Positions 26,846 through 37,199 of a stretch of 44,207 nucleotides of DNA are shown here, piece after piece. Made by a program: the position numbers and the translations under genes. Source of the stretch: Nitrospinota bacterium (GTDB taxonomy: Bacteria; UBA8248); NCBI GenBank assembly GCA_030754595.1, contig JASLZZ010000066.1, positions 1-44,207 on the forward strand, given 5' to 3'. Numbering within the stretch: position 1 is the first letter of the stretch; each line of letters begins with the position of its first letter. The notes under the pieces are model-generated. The model was given only the letters and a program-made list of their open reading frames with translations, was not told where the DNA came from and searched no databases.

Positions 26846-28912
26846 CTATCCCGAAACTTTCAGATGGAGATGGCGGCTGTCGTCCACGGTCGCCATCCAG
26901 CCAGGAGGCACAAGAGTGACGGCCCCGTATTCTTCCACAACCGCCGATCCCTGGATTTCACTGTCCGCCGGAATCAAATCGCGTTGATAGACGCGGCAAT
27001 CCGGGACGGGTTCCGAGAAATGGACAAGGCGCGATTCCAACAAGGCCGCCTCCAGGCCATCGTTGGCCGCGGATGATTCCGCCCGCGGGGGCTTATCGAC
27101 CCACGGGGGCTTATCGACCGCCCCGATTACACGCACGCGGAGGGTTACTATTTCCGCCGGGTCATCGGGGTGACAATGCCCGTAGCGCTCCTCATAGCGG
27201 ACATGAAAATCCCTCTCCAAAGTTTCGAGCCAATCTCCGGATTCAGACACGGGAATCGTTAATTCGAATGCCTGCCCCGAATAGCGGACATCCGCGTAAC
27301 GGAGGCAGCAAAGGTCCTTCAGTCCGGCGGAGCGCAGCTGAGCCGCCGGACGGGAAATTAACTCATCGAAAATACGCTCGATAGAGGGGGCGCCCGCCTT
27401 GTCAAAGCCGACGATATGCGTCCTGATATTTTCCTGTACAACATCCGCCAGCAGCAAACCGAGGGCGGAAAAATTCCCCGGAAATCGGGGGACGATGACG
27501 TGCGTGATGGATAGATGCCCGGCTATGAGAGCGGCATGGAGCGGACCCGCCCCCCCGTAAGCGACCAATACATGCTCCCTGGGATCGAATCCTCGCTCGA
27601 TCGAAATCTCCCGAATGGAACTGACCATCTTCGCCACGGCGATATCGACTACCCCACGCGCCATGGAAACCGTATCGTCCATTCCCACGCTCCGGGCCAA
27701 ATCCTCCAATACTTTTTCCGCCCTACCGGGACGAAGCTTCATTTTCCCCGCCATCAGGGTACGTGGACCGATGCGGGATAACACCAGATTCGCATCCGTC
27801 ACCGTCGGCTCGACGCCGCCAAAATCATAGCAGGCCGGGCCCGGACGGGAACCCGCGCTCTTCGGACCCACATTCAGCACGCCGTCCTCGTCGCGCCATG
27901 CGATACTTCCTCCGCCCGCTCCCACTGTGTTGATTTGAAGTTGGGAGGCGTTTAACGGAAACGAGGCGACCATGTTATTTCGGCTCACGATTGGCTGACG
28001 ATCACGGACGAGACATACGTCCGTACTCGTTCCGCCCATGTCGTAGGTAATGAGGTGATCCAATCCCAGTTCCTCCGCCAGCGCGACACTCCCCACCACC
28101 CCTCCCGCCGGTCCCGAAAGTATCGTCTGGACGGGAAAGAGCAAGGCCCTTTTTGCATCCAGCATTCCGCCACTCGAAGCCATGATGAAAAAAGAAGACC
28201 GATATTTTTTATTTTGAAGCGCCGTGTTCAAGCGGGCGACATAATCCCTAATCTTGGGTCCGAGATAGGCGTTGATGACCGTCGTCGAAAAACGCTCGTA
28301 TTCCCGGTACTCGGGAACCACTTCGTGCGAAAGAGAGGTGAATAATTCGGGCAGCTTCCGGCGGAGATTCTCGGCGGTCTTGCTCTCGTTGTCTCCATTC
28401 GCGTAGGCGTGCAGATAACAAACCGCAACGGCCTGAACGCCGAGCTCCCGCAGACGTTCGGCCTGCCGAAGGATTTCATCATCTTGAACCGCGATTTCAA
28501 CGCTGCCATCGGCCAGGATGCGCTCGGCAACCTCGAAACGAAGTTCACGAGGAACAAGCGGCTTGGGCCGGATAAATTTCGAATCGAATAGGCTCTGCGG
28601 AACCAGGCGTTGCGTTCGGCCGATTTCGAGAACATCACGGAAACCCGATGTGGTCAATAGGGCCGTTCGCGCACCCGTATTCTCGAGAAGCGCGTTGGTT
28701 CCCACGGTTGTCCCGTGTGTGATTCTGCCGACCGATGCGATGTCGAAATCCAGACTCCCGAGAGCCTCGAGAAATACTTCGTCCTCTCTCCCTCGAACGG
28801 TAAGAAATTTCGCCACCTTCATCGCTCCCTCGTTCTCGTCATAGAAAACGAGATCCGTAAAGGTTCCTCCTGTGTCGATCCCAACGAGATGCAAGGCGGG
28901 GCTATCCTCCAA
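26846..28912 (-). CDS. Hydantoinase A/5-oxoprolinase family ATP-binding subunit
   Basis: GIDTGGTFTD, HGTTVGTNALLE, EYREYER, SGPAGG, DMGGTSTDV, GAGGGSIA, GPKSAGSRPGPACY, PTVTDAN. Confidence 0.93.
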   Translation of the reverse strand: MEDSPALHLVGIDTGGTFTDLVFYDENEGAMKVAKFLTVRGREDEVFLEALGSLDFDIASVGRITHGTTVGTNALLENTGARTALLTTSGFRDVLEIGRTQRLVPQSLFDSKFIRPKPLVPRELRFEVAERILADGSVEIAVQDDEILRQAERLRELGVQAVAVCYLHAYANGDNESKTAENLRRKLPELFTSLSHEVVPEYREYERFSTTVINAYLGPKIRDYVARLNTALQNKKYRSSFFIMASSGGMLDAKRALLFPVQTILSGPAGGVVGSVALAEELGLDHLITYDMGGTSTDVCLVRDRQPIVSRNNMVASFPLNASQLQINTVGAGGGSIAWRDEDGVLNVGPKSAGSRPGPACYDFGGVEPTVTDANLVLSRIGPRTLMAGKMKLRPGRAEKVLEDLARSVGMDDTVSMARGVVDIAVAKMVSSIREISIERGFDPREHVLVAYGGAGPLHAALIAGHLSITHVIVPRFPGNFSALGLLLADVVQENIRTHIVGFDKAGAPSIERIFDELISRPAAQLRSAGLKDLCCLRYADVRYSGQAFELTIPVSESGDWLETLERDFHVRYEERYGHCHPDDPAEIVTLRVRVIGAVDKPPWVDKPPRAESSAANDGLEAALLESRLVHFSEPVPDCRVYQRDLIPADSEIQGSAVVEEYGAVTLVPPGWMATVDDSRHLHLKVSG

Positions 28913-28966
28913 TATTCACCTGTCGGATAATGGAAAAATCCTTTTGAATCGGCCAGGCGAAGGGCA

Positions 28967-30988
28967 TCAAATCCCGAGCGGAACGAGAAAAACCTCTTCT
29001 CCCGGTTTCACGCCGATAATGGCCATCCCCAGAGAATCCAGGCCCAGCGATCCCGGGGCCATTTCAGAGTCCATCTCAATCCAGGCGCGTAGAGGCGCCC
29101 CCATTTTTCCACCGACTTCAACCAGGGCGCCTAGCGCAAGGGTCATATGCTCAGCGCTTTCCGGATGCACATGGAACAGGCGGCGAGAGTTCTTGCTGTG
29201 TGTTGTCTTTTTTTGAACGGCCTTCAGCGAATTCTTGTTCATCCGGATGGTGCGGCGAAGCGAAAGAGTCTGTTCTTCGTCCACGCCGGAATCCCCGATG
29301 AAAACGCCATAATTCCGGCGGGCGCCTTCTTCCGATACGTAGCCGGCCATCGTATCTCTCAGGACCTGTCCGGAATCCCTGTCAAGGGGGTCACCGAAAC
29401 CGCCACCTCCCGAAGTTTCGATAACGACGACATCTCCCCGAAGCAGGCGGAAACCCGCCGCCTTGCCGGGCGTTTCGGAGGGAGGGAGCGTTTCCCCGTT
29501 CCTTTCGACGACAAACCGGTTCGGGCTTCCCGGGCCGCCCCCGAATACCCCGAAGGGAGGAATCATATTTTTATCCGATGATATCGAGAGAAGCGCATTG
29601 TCGGCCAGAACTTCCACCTCGCGGCGCAGCCCCAGCCCCCCCCGGCGCAGTCCGGCGCCCCCCGAGTCCTCTCGGAGGGAAACCTTCCTCAGCCTCAAGG
29701 GGTGGATGTGCTCAATCACCTCGATCGATTGAATGGATGCGAAATCTCCTTCCGTGAAATTCCTGGTGGCGCTGTTGCCGTCGTGCTCCTCGAATCCTCC
29801 CGTTCCGCCGGCCGGAAACTCATAAAAAAGAAAAGGCTTACCGGATTGAGGATCGTTTCCGCCGATATAAATATGGTTCGATGTGCCCTTCAAGTCGCCC
29901 GTCACCGAATTCGGCGCTAATCGGCCGACGGCGCCTATCAAGGCCGACACAATCGCGTGGCTTACCTCCATAGAACCGGCGCAACTCGCCGGGTAGCGCG
30001 CGGCAAGGAGGGAACCGGGCTCGGTAACGATTCCGAGAGGACGAAACGCCCCTTGATTGATCGCGCCTTTAGGATCCAGAAACGCCTTGATGACGCTGAA
30101 AGCCGCCGAGGGGGCCATCGCAGGGCCAACGTTATAGGCGCCCTCGTTCTGCGCGTCGGTTCCGCTGAAATCGACATCCAACTCATCTCTCGATATCGTC
30201 ACCTTTACCCGGATGCGTACGGGATCGAGCGAGTGACCGTCATGGTCCATAAAATGCTCGAAGGCGGATTCGCCGTCGGGCACGGCTGCGATGCGGCGGC
30301 GCATGGAGGTCTCGGCCCGATCGAGCAGACGTTGCTTGGCGGCGAGAACGAGCCCCCACCCGTATTTACCGGCCAGCTCTTCGAGCCGAAGATGGGCCGT
30401 GTGACAGGTCGCCAGCATCGCGAAAAAATCGCCCCGCCGCTCATCGGGAACGCGCATGTTGTGAAACAGAAGATCGACTATGCCTCGATTCAACTCCCCG
30501 CGTTCGAACACTTTCAGGATGGGAATGCGTATTCCGTCGTGCAGAATTTCCGTGTTCTTCCCCGAAATGCTGCCCGGCGTCGTCCCGCCGACATCTCCCC
30601 AATGCGCGCGAACGACGGGATAGATCGTCATCTCGCCGCCGCCAAAGAGGGGTGAAATCATCGCCACGTCGTTCAGATGCGTACCGCCGGTATACGGATC
30701 GTTATGTAAAAACACGTCGCCCGGATGGATTTCATCGCCGAACCGCTTGAGCATCTCCCCGACTTCCATCGGAACCGGGAAGATGTGTACCGGATTGTCC
30801 TCGGCCATGGCCACGAGCTGGCCCTCGCCATCCACCAGGACGCAGGAGAAATCATGGCCTTCGTAGATGATGGACGAATAGGCAGTCCGCACCATGTTGG
30901 CCCGCATTTCGCGCACGATGGCGACGAACGACTCGTTCAGCACCTCGAGTGTGATGGGGTCAATCTCACGGTTCGGCTCTTCGGACAT
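28967..30988 (-). CDS. Hydantoinase B/5-oxoprolinase family subunit with a C-terminal extension
   Basis: IDPITLEV, RTAYSSII, PGDVFLHNDPYTGGTHLND, RAHWGDVGG, DSGGAG..RGG, TSGGGGFGDP. Confidence 0.93.
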   Translation of the reverse strand: MSEEPNREIDPITLEVLNESFVAIVREMRANMVRTAYSSIIYEGHDFSCVLVDGEGQLVAMAEDNPVHIFPVPMEVGEMLKRFGDEIHPGDVFLHNDPYTGGTHLNDVAMISPLFGGGEMTIYPVVRAHWGDVGGTTPGSISGKNTEILHDGIRIPILKVFERGELNRGIVDLLFHNMRVPDERRGDFFAMLATCHTAHLRLEELAGKYGWGLVLAAKQRLLDRAETSMRRRIAAVPDGESAFEHFMDHDGHSLDPVRIRVKVTISRDELDVDFSGTDAQNEGAYNVGPAMAPSAAFSVIKAFLDPKGAINQGAFRPLGIVTEPGSLLAARYPASCAGSMEVSHAIVSALIGAVGRLAPNSVTGDLKGTSNHIYIGGNDPQSGKPFLFYEFPAGGTGGFEEHDGNSATRNFTEGDFASIQSIEVIEHIHPLRLRKVSLREDSGGAGLRRGGLGLRREVEVLADNALLSISSDKNMIPPFGVFGGGPGSPNRFVVERNGETLPPSETPGKAAGFRLLRGDVVVIETSGGGGFGDPLDRDSGQVLRDTMAGYVSEEGARRNYGVFIGDSGVDEEQTLSLRRTIRMNKNSLKAVQKKTTHSKNSRRLFHVHPESAEHMTLALGALVEVGGKMGAPLRAWIEMDSEMAPGSLGLDSLGMAIIGVKPGEEVFLVPLGI

Positions 30989-31027
30989 TCGGCCCTCAGA
31001 AGATCGCGTATTTGACAAAGAAAGACT

Positions 31028-31933
31028 TCAACAGAGGGAATTTACCGCCTTTTCGGCCCAGTCGCATTTTACCTGCCGCGCCCAAAGGTCCATGAGCCTG
31101 CGGGTTACAGGGCCGGGAGCCCCGTTCGCCATCTGCGCGCCGTCGACTGAACTCACGGGCAGGATGCAGATGCTGTTCCCGGTAAAAAAGGCCTCGTCGG
31201 CTGTGAGAAGATCGTAGCGGGTGAGGTCCCCGCGCTTGACGGGAATATTGAGTTCACGGGCGAGTTCGAACACATACTGCAGATTCACTCCGGTCAGGCA
31301 GTTGTGATCCTGCGGGGTGAGAAGTTCGCCGTCTCTTAAAAAAAAGCAGTTGTAACTGGGCCCCTCCGCCACGAACCCCCTCGTGTCCAGCATGATAGCC
31401 CAGGCATCCGCCTCGGCCGCCTGAAACTCGGCCTGAATGTGGTTCATTTTGTTGCCTACTTTCGCGCGAGGCTCTATACACTCGGCCGGAATGCGCCGGA
31501 CGCCGGTGACAACCGCCGAGACACCATCGACATACCCCTTCGCGAACCGCGAATAATCCATCGGCAAGGTAAAGATAACCACCGTGTGCGCGCCACGGGT
31601 GTGGACCGGGGAAGAGGAGATCCCTCCCCCGCGGGTCACCCAATGCTGAATCCGGAACTCCTCGCCTTCGCCGTAGGCGCCTTCGTTCCGGCTCAAAAGC
31701 TCATACGTCAATTCTTCCATTTTATCCGCGTTCATAGCGGGCTCGAGACGAGCATACCGGCACGAGAGGTAAAGACGGTCGATATGATCACGCATCCGCC
31801 ACGGAACTCCGTTGAAAGTGCGCGAAGCGTCATAGACGCCGTCCCCGTACAGAAATCCCCTGTCCAGGATGGAAATACTGGCTTCGGATTCAGGAAGGAA
31901 TTCACCGTTCACATATGCGATGCGGCCGCTCAT
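31028..31933 (-). CDS. PLP-dependent aminotransferase class IV (IlvE/D-amino-acid aminotransferase/PabC family)
   Basis: AYVNGEF, DRGFLYGDGVYD, HIDRL..S, PRAK, VAEGPSYN, LTGVN, ADEAFFTG. Confidence 0.9.
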   Translation of the reverse strand: MSGRIAYVNGEFLPESEASISILDRGFLYGDGVYDASRTFNGVPWRMRDHIDRLYLSCRYARLEPAMNADKMEELTYELLSRNEGAYGEGEEFRIQHWVTRGGGISSSPVHTRGAHTVVIFTLPMDYSRFAKGYVDGVSAVVTGVRRIPAECIEPRAKVGNKMNHIQAEFQAAEADAWAIMLDTRGFVAEGPSYNCFFLRDGELLTPQDHNCLTGVNLQYVFELARELNIPVKRGDLTRYDLLTADEAFFTGNSICILPVSSVDGAQMANGAPGPVTRRLMDLWARQVKCDWAEKAVNSLC

Positions 31934-32132
31934 ACCGCTTCACCCCTCTTCAAATAGTCGCCGACAAGTAGATTCTTCATATAGTACAGCCAATATCTCG
32001 CTAAGAACAAGGAACAAACCGAGACAAGTATCGAGGCATACCGGCAGGCGTGCTCCGCGAAAATCGAGCCCCACAAGTTATCAAGGCTTTTGGACTCAGA
32101 TAAATAGCTCAGGCATCAGGTCTCTGCTAATT

Positions 32133-32924
32133 TCATTGGTGACCCATAACTACAAACAGCGTGGGTGGCGGCAGTTTCCTTTTGGTGACGTGAAGCGGCC
32201 CCTGCTCCAGTTTTTTGACGCGCCTGGCGCCGCGGAGGAATCGCCGCAAAAGGCTTTCGTCGTCCCAGTAATGCATCGGAATCGCGATGTTGGGCCGGAT
32301 TTGTTCGACAATCTTTCTGGCCCCGTCGGGCCCTACGGCAAACGTCCCTCCGATCGGAACCATGACGACATGAATTTTCCCGAGGCGTCGGAACTTGGAG
32401 GGGGTCAGCGCCTCGGCGACATCCCCCAGGTGAGCGACGCAAAGGCCGCCTGCTTCATAGACGAACGCAGAGCCTTTCGTACGCCTCTCGTACGTCCGCT
32501 GCGTCACGGGCACGTTGTATATGAGAACGTCCCCCACCGTTTTCCGGACTTTCGCCCACTCCTCCACGTCACCACCAAGACCCCGGAGGACGAGGGGATT
32601 CCCGGTGGCGATGCCGGCCGAGTTGTGATGGGGATGCTCTCTTCCAATCGTCACGGCATGCGGCCGGACGGCGGGCACCCGGAAACCCATCTCGGGCCCG
32701 AAGGGATCGGCGATGATACGGGTCCCTCCGGGCGAAACGAGACGCAAAAAGGAATGACCGAACCATTCTACCGAAACGCGCGCGGGCGGCGCGCTCTTGA
32801 CCGGAACGGCACGGAAAGCCCGGGGCGCGTTCACCATCTCGGGAGCGCACCGCGCATGAACGGCGTCGGGAAAAATCGGACTCACAAGAATGGCAACCGC
32901 GAAAAACCAGAGGAAGATTCTCAT
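32133..32924 (-). CDS. Exported metallo-beta-lactamase-fold protein
   Basis: Signal peptide ending VHA; WFGHSF, IIADPF, HLGD, MVPIGG, IAIPMHY. Confidence 0.82.
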   Translation of the reverse strand: MRIFLWFFAVAILVSPIFPDAVHARCAPEMVNAPRAFRAVPVKSAPPARVSVEWFGHSFLRLVSPGGTRIIADPFGPEMGFRVPAVRPHAVTIGREHPHHNSAGIATGNPLVLRGLGGDVEEWAKVRKTVGDVLIYNVPVTQRTYERRTKGSAFVYEAGGLCVAHLGDVAEALTPSKFRRLGKIHVVMVPIGGTFAVGPDGARKIVEQIRPNIAIPMHYWDDESLLRRFLRGARRVKKLEQGPLHVTKRKLPPPTLFVVMGHQ

Positions 32925-33002
32925 CGCATCCTCACGCAAAAACCTTTGCATGGCTATTAGGTAATTCGCCATGCAAAGGTTTTTTCGCTCGCCCGGCCGC
33001 AC

Positions 33003-33806
33003 CTATTCGTGGCGGGCGATGAATTCACGGATGTCGGCGTTGAAGGCATCGTCGTAGACCAGATAGAAGAAATGCCCACCGTCCTCGTAGAGTTTCAGTT
33101 CGGCGCCCGGAATGGCCTCGGCGAGCTGTTCCGAGTAATAGGGAGGGCAGACGGCGTCGTTCTTCGCTCCGATCACGATGACCGGAACCCAGATCCGGTC
33201 CAGCCGGTCCATCTGATCGTGCGCGATGATGCAGTCGATCCGTTCGGCGGCAATCTGAGGCGAAGAGGCTTTGGCGATCAGGGCCTCTTCTTTTTCGAGC
33301 ATCTCTTCGTAATGGTCCGTGAAATATTTCGGGTCGTTCAGGTTGGTGGAAGCGAGCCGGGTCAAGGCCTCGGTGCCCAGGTTGAGAAGGACGAGCTTGC
33401 GCATCTTGAACTGGCGGATGAAGAAATGATCCGATTTCGGCCAGGAGCAGCATATGGCCGCGCTTTGGACCCGCTCGGGATTGTCGATACACAGGACCTG
33501 GATGGTCGCCCCGCCGGTGGAGGTGCCGACGAGGTGGGCCTTTTCGATCCCGACGTCGTCCATGATGGCAACGACGTCGGCCGCCATGTTCTCGACGCTG
33601 TAGACTCCGGGCGGCTGGCCGCTCTCTCCCGTCCCCCGGTGATCGTGCACCACGACGGGTCTTTCTTTCGAGAAGGGGACGGCCTGCTTCATGCATGAGG
33701 CGCGCATGCCGTTCAGGCCGGCGATGAAAAAGATCGGAACGCCCGGCCCGTCGGAGTTGAGGATTTCATAGACGATATCGACGCCGCCGGATTGGACTAC
33801 GGCCAT
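33003..33806 (-). CDS. Alpha/beta hydrolase (RutD/enol-lactonase-like)
   Basis: DHRGTGES, nucleophile elbow GTSTGG, D..CP, GGHF; RBS GGAGG before ATG 33806. Confidence 0.88.
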   Translation of the reverse strand: MAVVQSGGVDIVYEILNSDGPGVPIFFIAGLNGMRASCMKQAVPFSKERPVVVHDHRGTGESGQPPGVYSVENMAADVVAIMDDVGIEKAHLVGTSTGGATIQVLCIDNPERVQSAAICCSWPKSDHFFIRQFKMRKLVLLNLGTEALTRLASTNLNDPKYFTDHYEEMLEKEEALIAKASSPQIAAERIDCIIAHDQMDRLDRIWVPVIVIGAKNDAVCPPYYSEQLAEAIPGAELKLYEDGGHFFYLVYDDAFNADIREFIARHE

Positions 33807-34143
33807 GAGCGGACCCTCCTTTTTCTTGGCGTCCTCCCGCCCGATGGGGGAGGAAGCGCCCCTAAAAATTATTCCCGCCGAAAGACAGATAAAAAGATTC
33901 ACTCGCAGTTTAAACGCCAATCTCCCTTGAAACAACGATGAAGCGCGAACTCCCCGCCCATCCGCGCGGGCGGCGATTTCCGCCCCCATATTCCCGTTCT
34001 CACTTCCGCACAATTGCAAATTCGCAGTCCACAGGTTTAGGATTCAGGCGAATTCCAGAAAAGATGCAATCTCGGAATTTTCCGGTGCGGGTTTTGTCGC
34101 GTGTGATGAGGGGTGAGTTTTGCAAGAAGGAGAGAATTCGATC

Positions 34144-35508
34144 ATGAACGAACACGGCGATCTGGGTCCCATTTTTCAATATATTGACGATCATGCGGAA
34201 CAAATCGTCTCGGACCTTCAGGAACTCTGCCGCCAGCAGAGCATATCCACCACGCGGACAGGCATCGAGGAAATGGCCGCTCTCGTTCACCGCCGGCTCG
34301 AGCGCTCGGGCCTGAAAGCGATACGTCATGAAACCGGGGGCCACCCCATCCTGACCGGAGAGCTCGGGGGCGCGACTTCCAAAACCCTTCTTTTCTACAA
34401 CCACTATGACGTCCAGCCCGCCGAGCCCCTGGAGGAATGGTCGAGTCCGCCGTTCGAGGCGCGGGTGGTGGACGGCCACGTCATCGCCCGGGGAGCAACC
34501 GACAATAAAGGCAACATCATCAGTCGCCTTGCGGCGTTTGAGGCGTTTTTGGCGGTGCGGGGGGAGCTTCCCTGCTCGGTCAAGTATCTCATCGAGGGCG
34601 AGGAGGAGATCGGAAGCGCTTCCCTCGAGTCCTTTGTCACCGGAAACAAGGAACTTCTCGCGGCGGACGGGTGCATCTGGGAGGACAATACCGTCCGCGA
34701 GGATATCCCCTCGCTTTCACTGGGGAACAAGGGGCTCTGCTACCTGGAGCTTCGCTGCCGCACGGCGAACGTGGATTTCCATTCCAGCAACGCACAGATG
34801 TACGAAAACGCCGCCTGGCGAATCGCCTGGGCGCTTGCGTCGATGAAAGACCAGGACGAAAACGTGCTCGTTGAGGGTTTTTACGACGGCATCGAGCCTC
34901 TCACCGAAAAGGAAGAAGAACTGCTGGACAATATTCCCCCCTACGACGGCCAAACCCGGCGGGAGAAATTCGGGCTTCGCCGCTTCGCGCTCGATTTGCC
35001 CGACGAGGCGCTCGCCCGGCGGCACCTGGTCAATCCATCGTTCAACATCGCGGGGCTTGACGCGGGTTACACGGGCGAGGGCGTCAAGACGATCGTCTCA
35101 GGCAGGGCCCGGGCCAAGATCGATTGCCGTCTCGTGGTGGGCCAAACGCCCGATCAGATTCACGACTGCATCCGCCGGCATCTCGACCGGAACGGTTTCG
35201 AGGATATCGAGACGGAGATTCTCTTCAGCTCCCTTCCGGCGAAAAGTGACCCTGTGAGCCGTGTCGTCAAGGCCTGCGCCGAATCCTCGCGCCTCCTCTA
35301 CGGTGAAGACCCGGTCATCAATCCCTTCGGATGCGGAAGCACGCCCACATGGATCGTGATTAAACATTTGGGCGTCCCACTGTCGTCCACCGGGGTGGGC
35401 TGCATCACCTCACGGACGCACAGCGCGAACGAAAACGTCAAAATCGAACACCTGATCATGGGAGCCAAATACATGGCTGGAATTTGCGAGGCATTTGGCA
35501 AATTATAG
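34144..35508 (+). CDS. M20/M25/M40 family metallo-peptidase/deacylase
   Basis: LFYNHYDVQP, ARGATDNKG, EGEEEIGS, DFHS, HSANE. Confidence 0.92.
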   Translation: MNEHGDLGPIFQYIDDHAEQIVSDLQELCRQQSISTTRTGIEEMAALVHRRLERSGLKAIRHETGGHPILTGELGGATSKTLLFYNHYDVQPAEPLEEWSSPPFEARVVDGHVIARGATDNKGNIISRLAAFEAFLAVRGELPCSVKYLIEGEEEIGSASLESFVTGNKELLAADGCIWEDNTVREDIPSLSLGNKGLCYLELRCRTANVDFHSSNAQMYENAAWRIAWALASMKDQDENVLVEGFYDGIEPLTEKEEELLDNIPPYDGQTRREKFGLRRFALDLPDEALARRHLVNPSFNIAGLDAGYTGEGVKTIVSGRARAKIDCRLVVGQTPDQIHDCIRRHLDRNGFEDIETEILFSSLPAKSDPVSRVVKACAESSRLLYGEDPVINPFGCGSTPTWIVIKHLGVPLSSTGVGCITSRTHSANENVKIEHLIMGAKYMAGICEAFGKL

Positions 35509-35707
35509 CCGCCGAGCGGTAGATTCCCAGCTCCGCGTCCATGGGCAATTCGTAATTCACTACCCACACGTTTCGGATTCCCACGCTTCGAAAAAATTGG
35601 ATTCAACGAAATTCGTCTGGAAGTTGCTCTTGTCTGGCGACAAAGCTATTGTCTGTTGCACACAAGAAAAAAATTTCAGTACCGAACCTAAGAACAGGGA
35701 CCGACAT

Positions 35708-36871
35708 ATGGCAACGCGTGAACTTGGTATCATCGTGAACGGAGCGACAGGCGGCATCTGCTCGTCCCAACATCTTCGCAACTCGCTAGCGCCAATCCGC
35801 GCCGAGGGCGGTCTTGCCGTCGGCGATGATTTGATTATGCCAAATCTGCTCTTGGTGGGCCGCAACCCAGAGCGCCTGGCGGCGATTGCATCGGAGATCG
35901 GTGACGTTGAATGGACGACCGACCTGGACGCTGCGCTGCACAATACCGCCTTTCCGGTATTCTTCGATGCGTCATCCACTCACCTGCGGTTCGACTTGCT
36001 CAAGCGGGCCATTGCCGCCAGCAAGCATATTTATACCGAAAAACCGCTCGCCCCTTCGGTTGATGACGGACTGGCTCTCCTCAAAGCCGCCGAGGCTAAC
36101 GGTCTAAAACATGGGGTGGTTGAAGACAAATTATTCCTGCCGGGATTCCGCAAACTCCGACACCTTGTCGACAGTGGTTTTTTCGGCCGCATCATTGGAT
36201 TTCATATTGAGTTTGGCTGGTGGGTGTTCGATGGCATCGAGTCCGACTCGCAACGCCCGAGCTGGAACTATCAAAAAACGAATGGCGGCGGACTGATCTC
36301 GGATATGCACCCGCATTGGCGCTACATTATCGAAGGCATCCTCGGGCCGATTGATAAAGTCGCCGCAACGTCATGGACCGGCCAAACCAAACGCGCCGAC
36401 GAGGCGGGCAATCCTTTCAACGTTGATGTAGAGGACAATGTACACACGCTGCTCGAGATGGCGGATGGTGCGCGTGGCTCGATACTTAGTTCCTGGGCGA
36501 CCCGGGTGCGGCGCGACGATCTGGTCACCTTCCAAGTTGACGGTATCGATGGCTCCGCTGTCGCCGGCATACGCCGGTGCTGGAAACAGGCGGGAAGCGA
36601 CACGCCGACATTACGCGGTTTTCAAATGGGCCGGGTCGAAGAGGCCACGAAAATTGCCATGGATTATCATGAGTCCTGGCAAGAAGTGCCGGATGTCGCT
36701 CCCTATAAAAATCCCTATCGCCTCGGATGGGAGGCTTTTATCAACCACGTTGTCACCGATACGCCATTTTACGCCGATTTTTCGGCCGGGATTCGCGATG
36801 TCCAGCTCGTTAAGGCCTGTCAGCGCAGCGCCGAGGACGGCTCCTGGATCGACATGACACAAATCCGATAG
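35708..36871 (+). CDS. Gfo/Idh/MocA family NAD(P)-dependent oxidoreductase
   Basis: IIVNGATG, KHIYTEKP, GVVEDKLFLPG, QRPSWNY, DMHPHWRY. Confidence 0.9.
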   Translation: MATRELGIIVNGATGGICSSQHLRNSLAPIRAEGGLAVGDDLIMPNLLLVGRNPERLAAIASEIGDVEWTTDLDAALHNTAFPVFFDASSTHLRFDLLKRAIAASKHIYTEKPLAPSVDDGLALLKAAEANGLKHGVVEDKLFLPGFRKLRHLVDSGFFGRIIGFHIEFGWWVFDGIESDSQRPSWNYQKTNGGGLISDMHPHWRYIIEGILGPIDKVAATSWTGQTKRADEAGNPFNVDVEDNVHTLLEMADGARGSILSSWATRVRRDDLVTFQVDGIDGSAVAGIRRCWKQAGSDTPTLRGFQMGRVEEATKIAMDYHESWQEVPDVAPYKNPYRLGWEAFINHVVTDTPFYADFSAGIRDVQLVKACQRSAEDGSWIDMTQIR

Positions 36872-37199
36872 GCCATCCAAGCCTTTTCAATCGCCGCCGC
36901 CTCGCAAAACAGCAATTGCCGCGAAAACGCACGGCGGCAACCTTTGGAATTGCCGCGAAAGCACGCGGTGGCGCCGAGTGTGTAGCGAAACGACTTCGCT
37001 TCGGGGCGCAGATCGAAATTTTCGCCCTAGGGGGTCGAGGCCCCATTTGGAGGTCTGTCTCACATACACATGACCGCTTGATCGGGAATTCGCCATGCAA
37101 AGGCCTTCTGTGGATTCTTCCTCCTCTTTCGGGGATAATTCGTGTGTGCCTCCGTTTTTTTTCTGAAACTTTCCGTCATTTTCCGAAGGAGTCTTTCAC

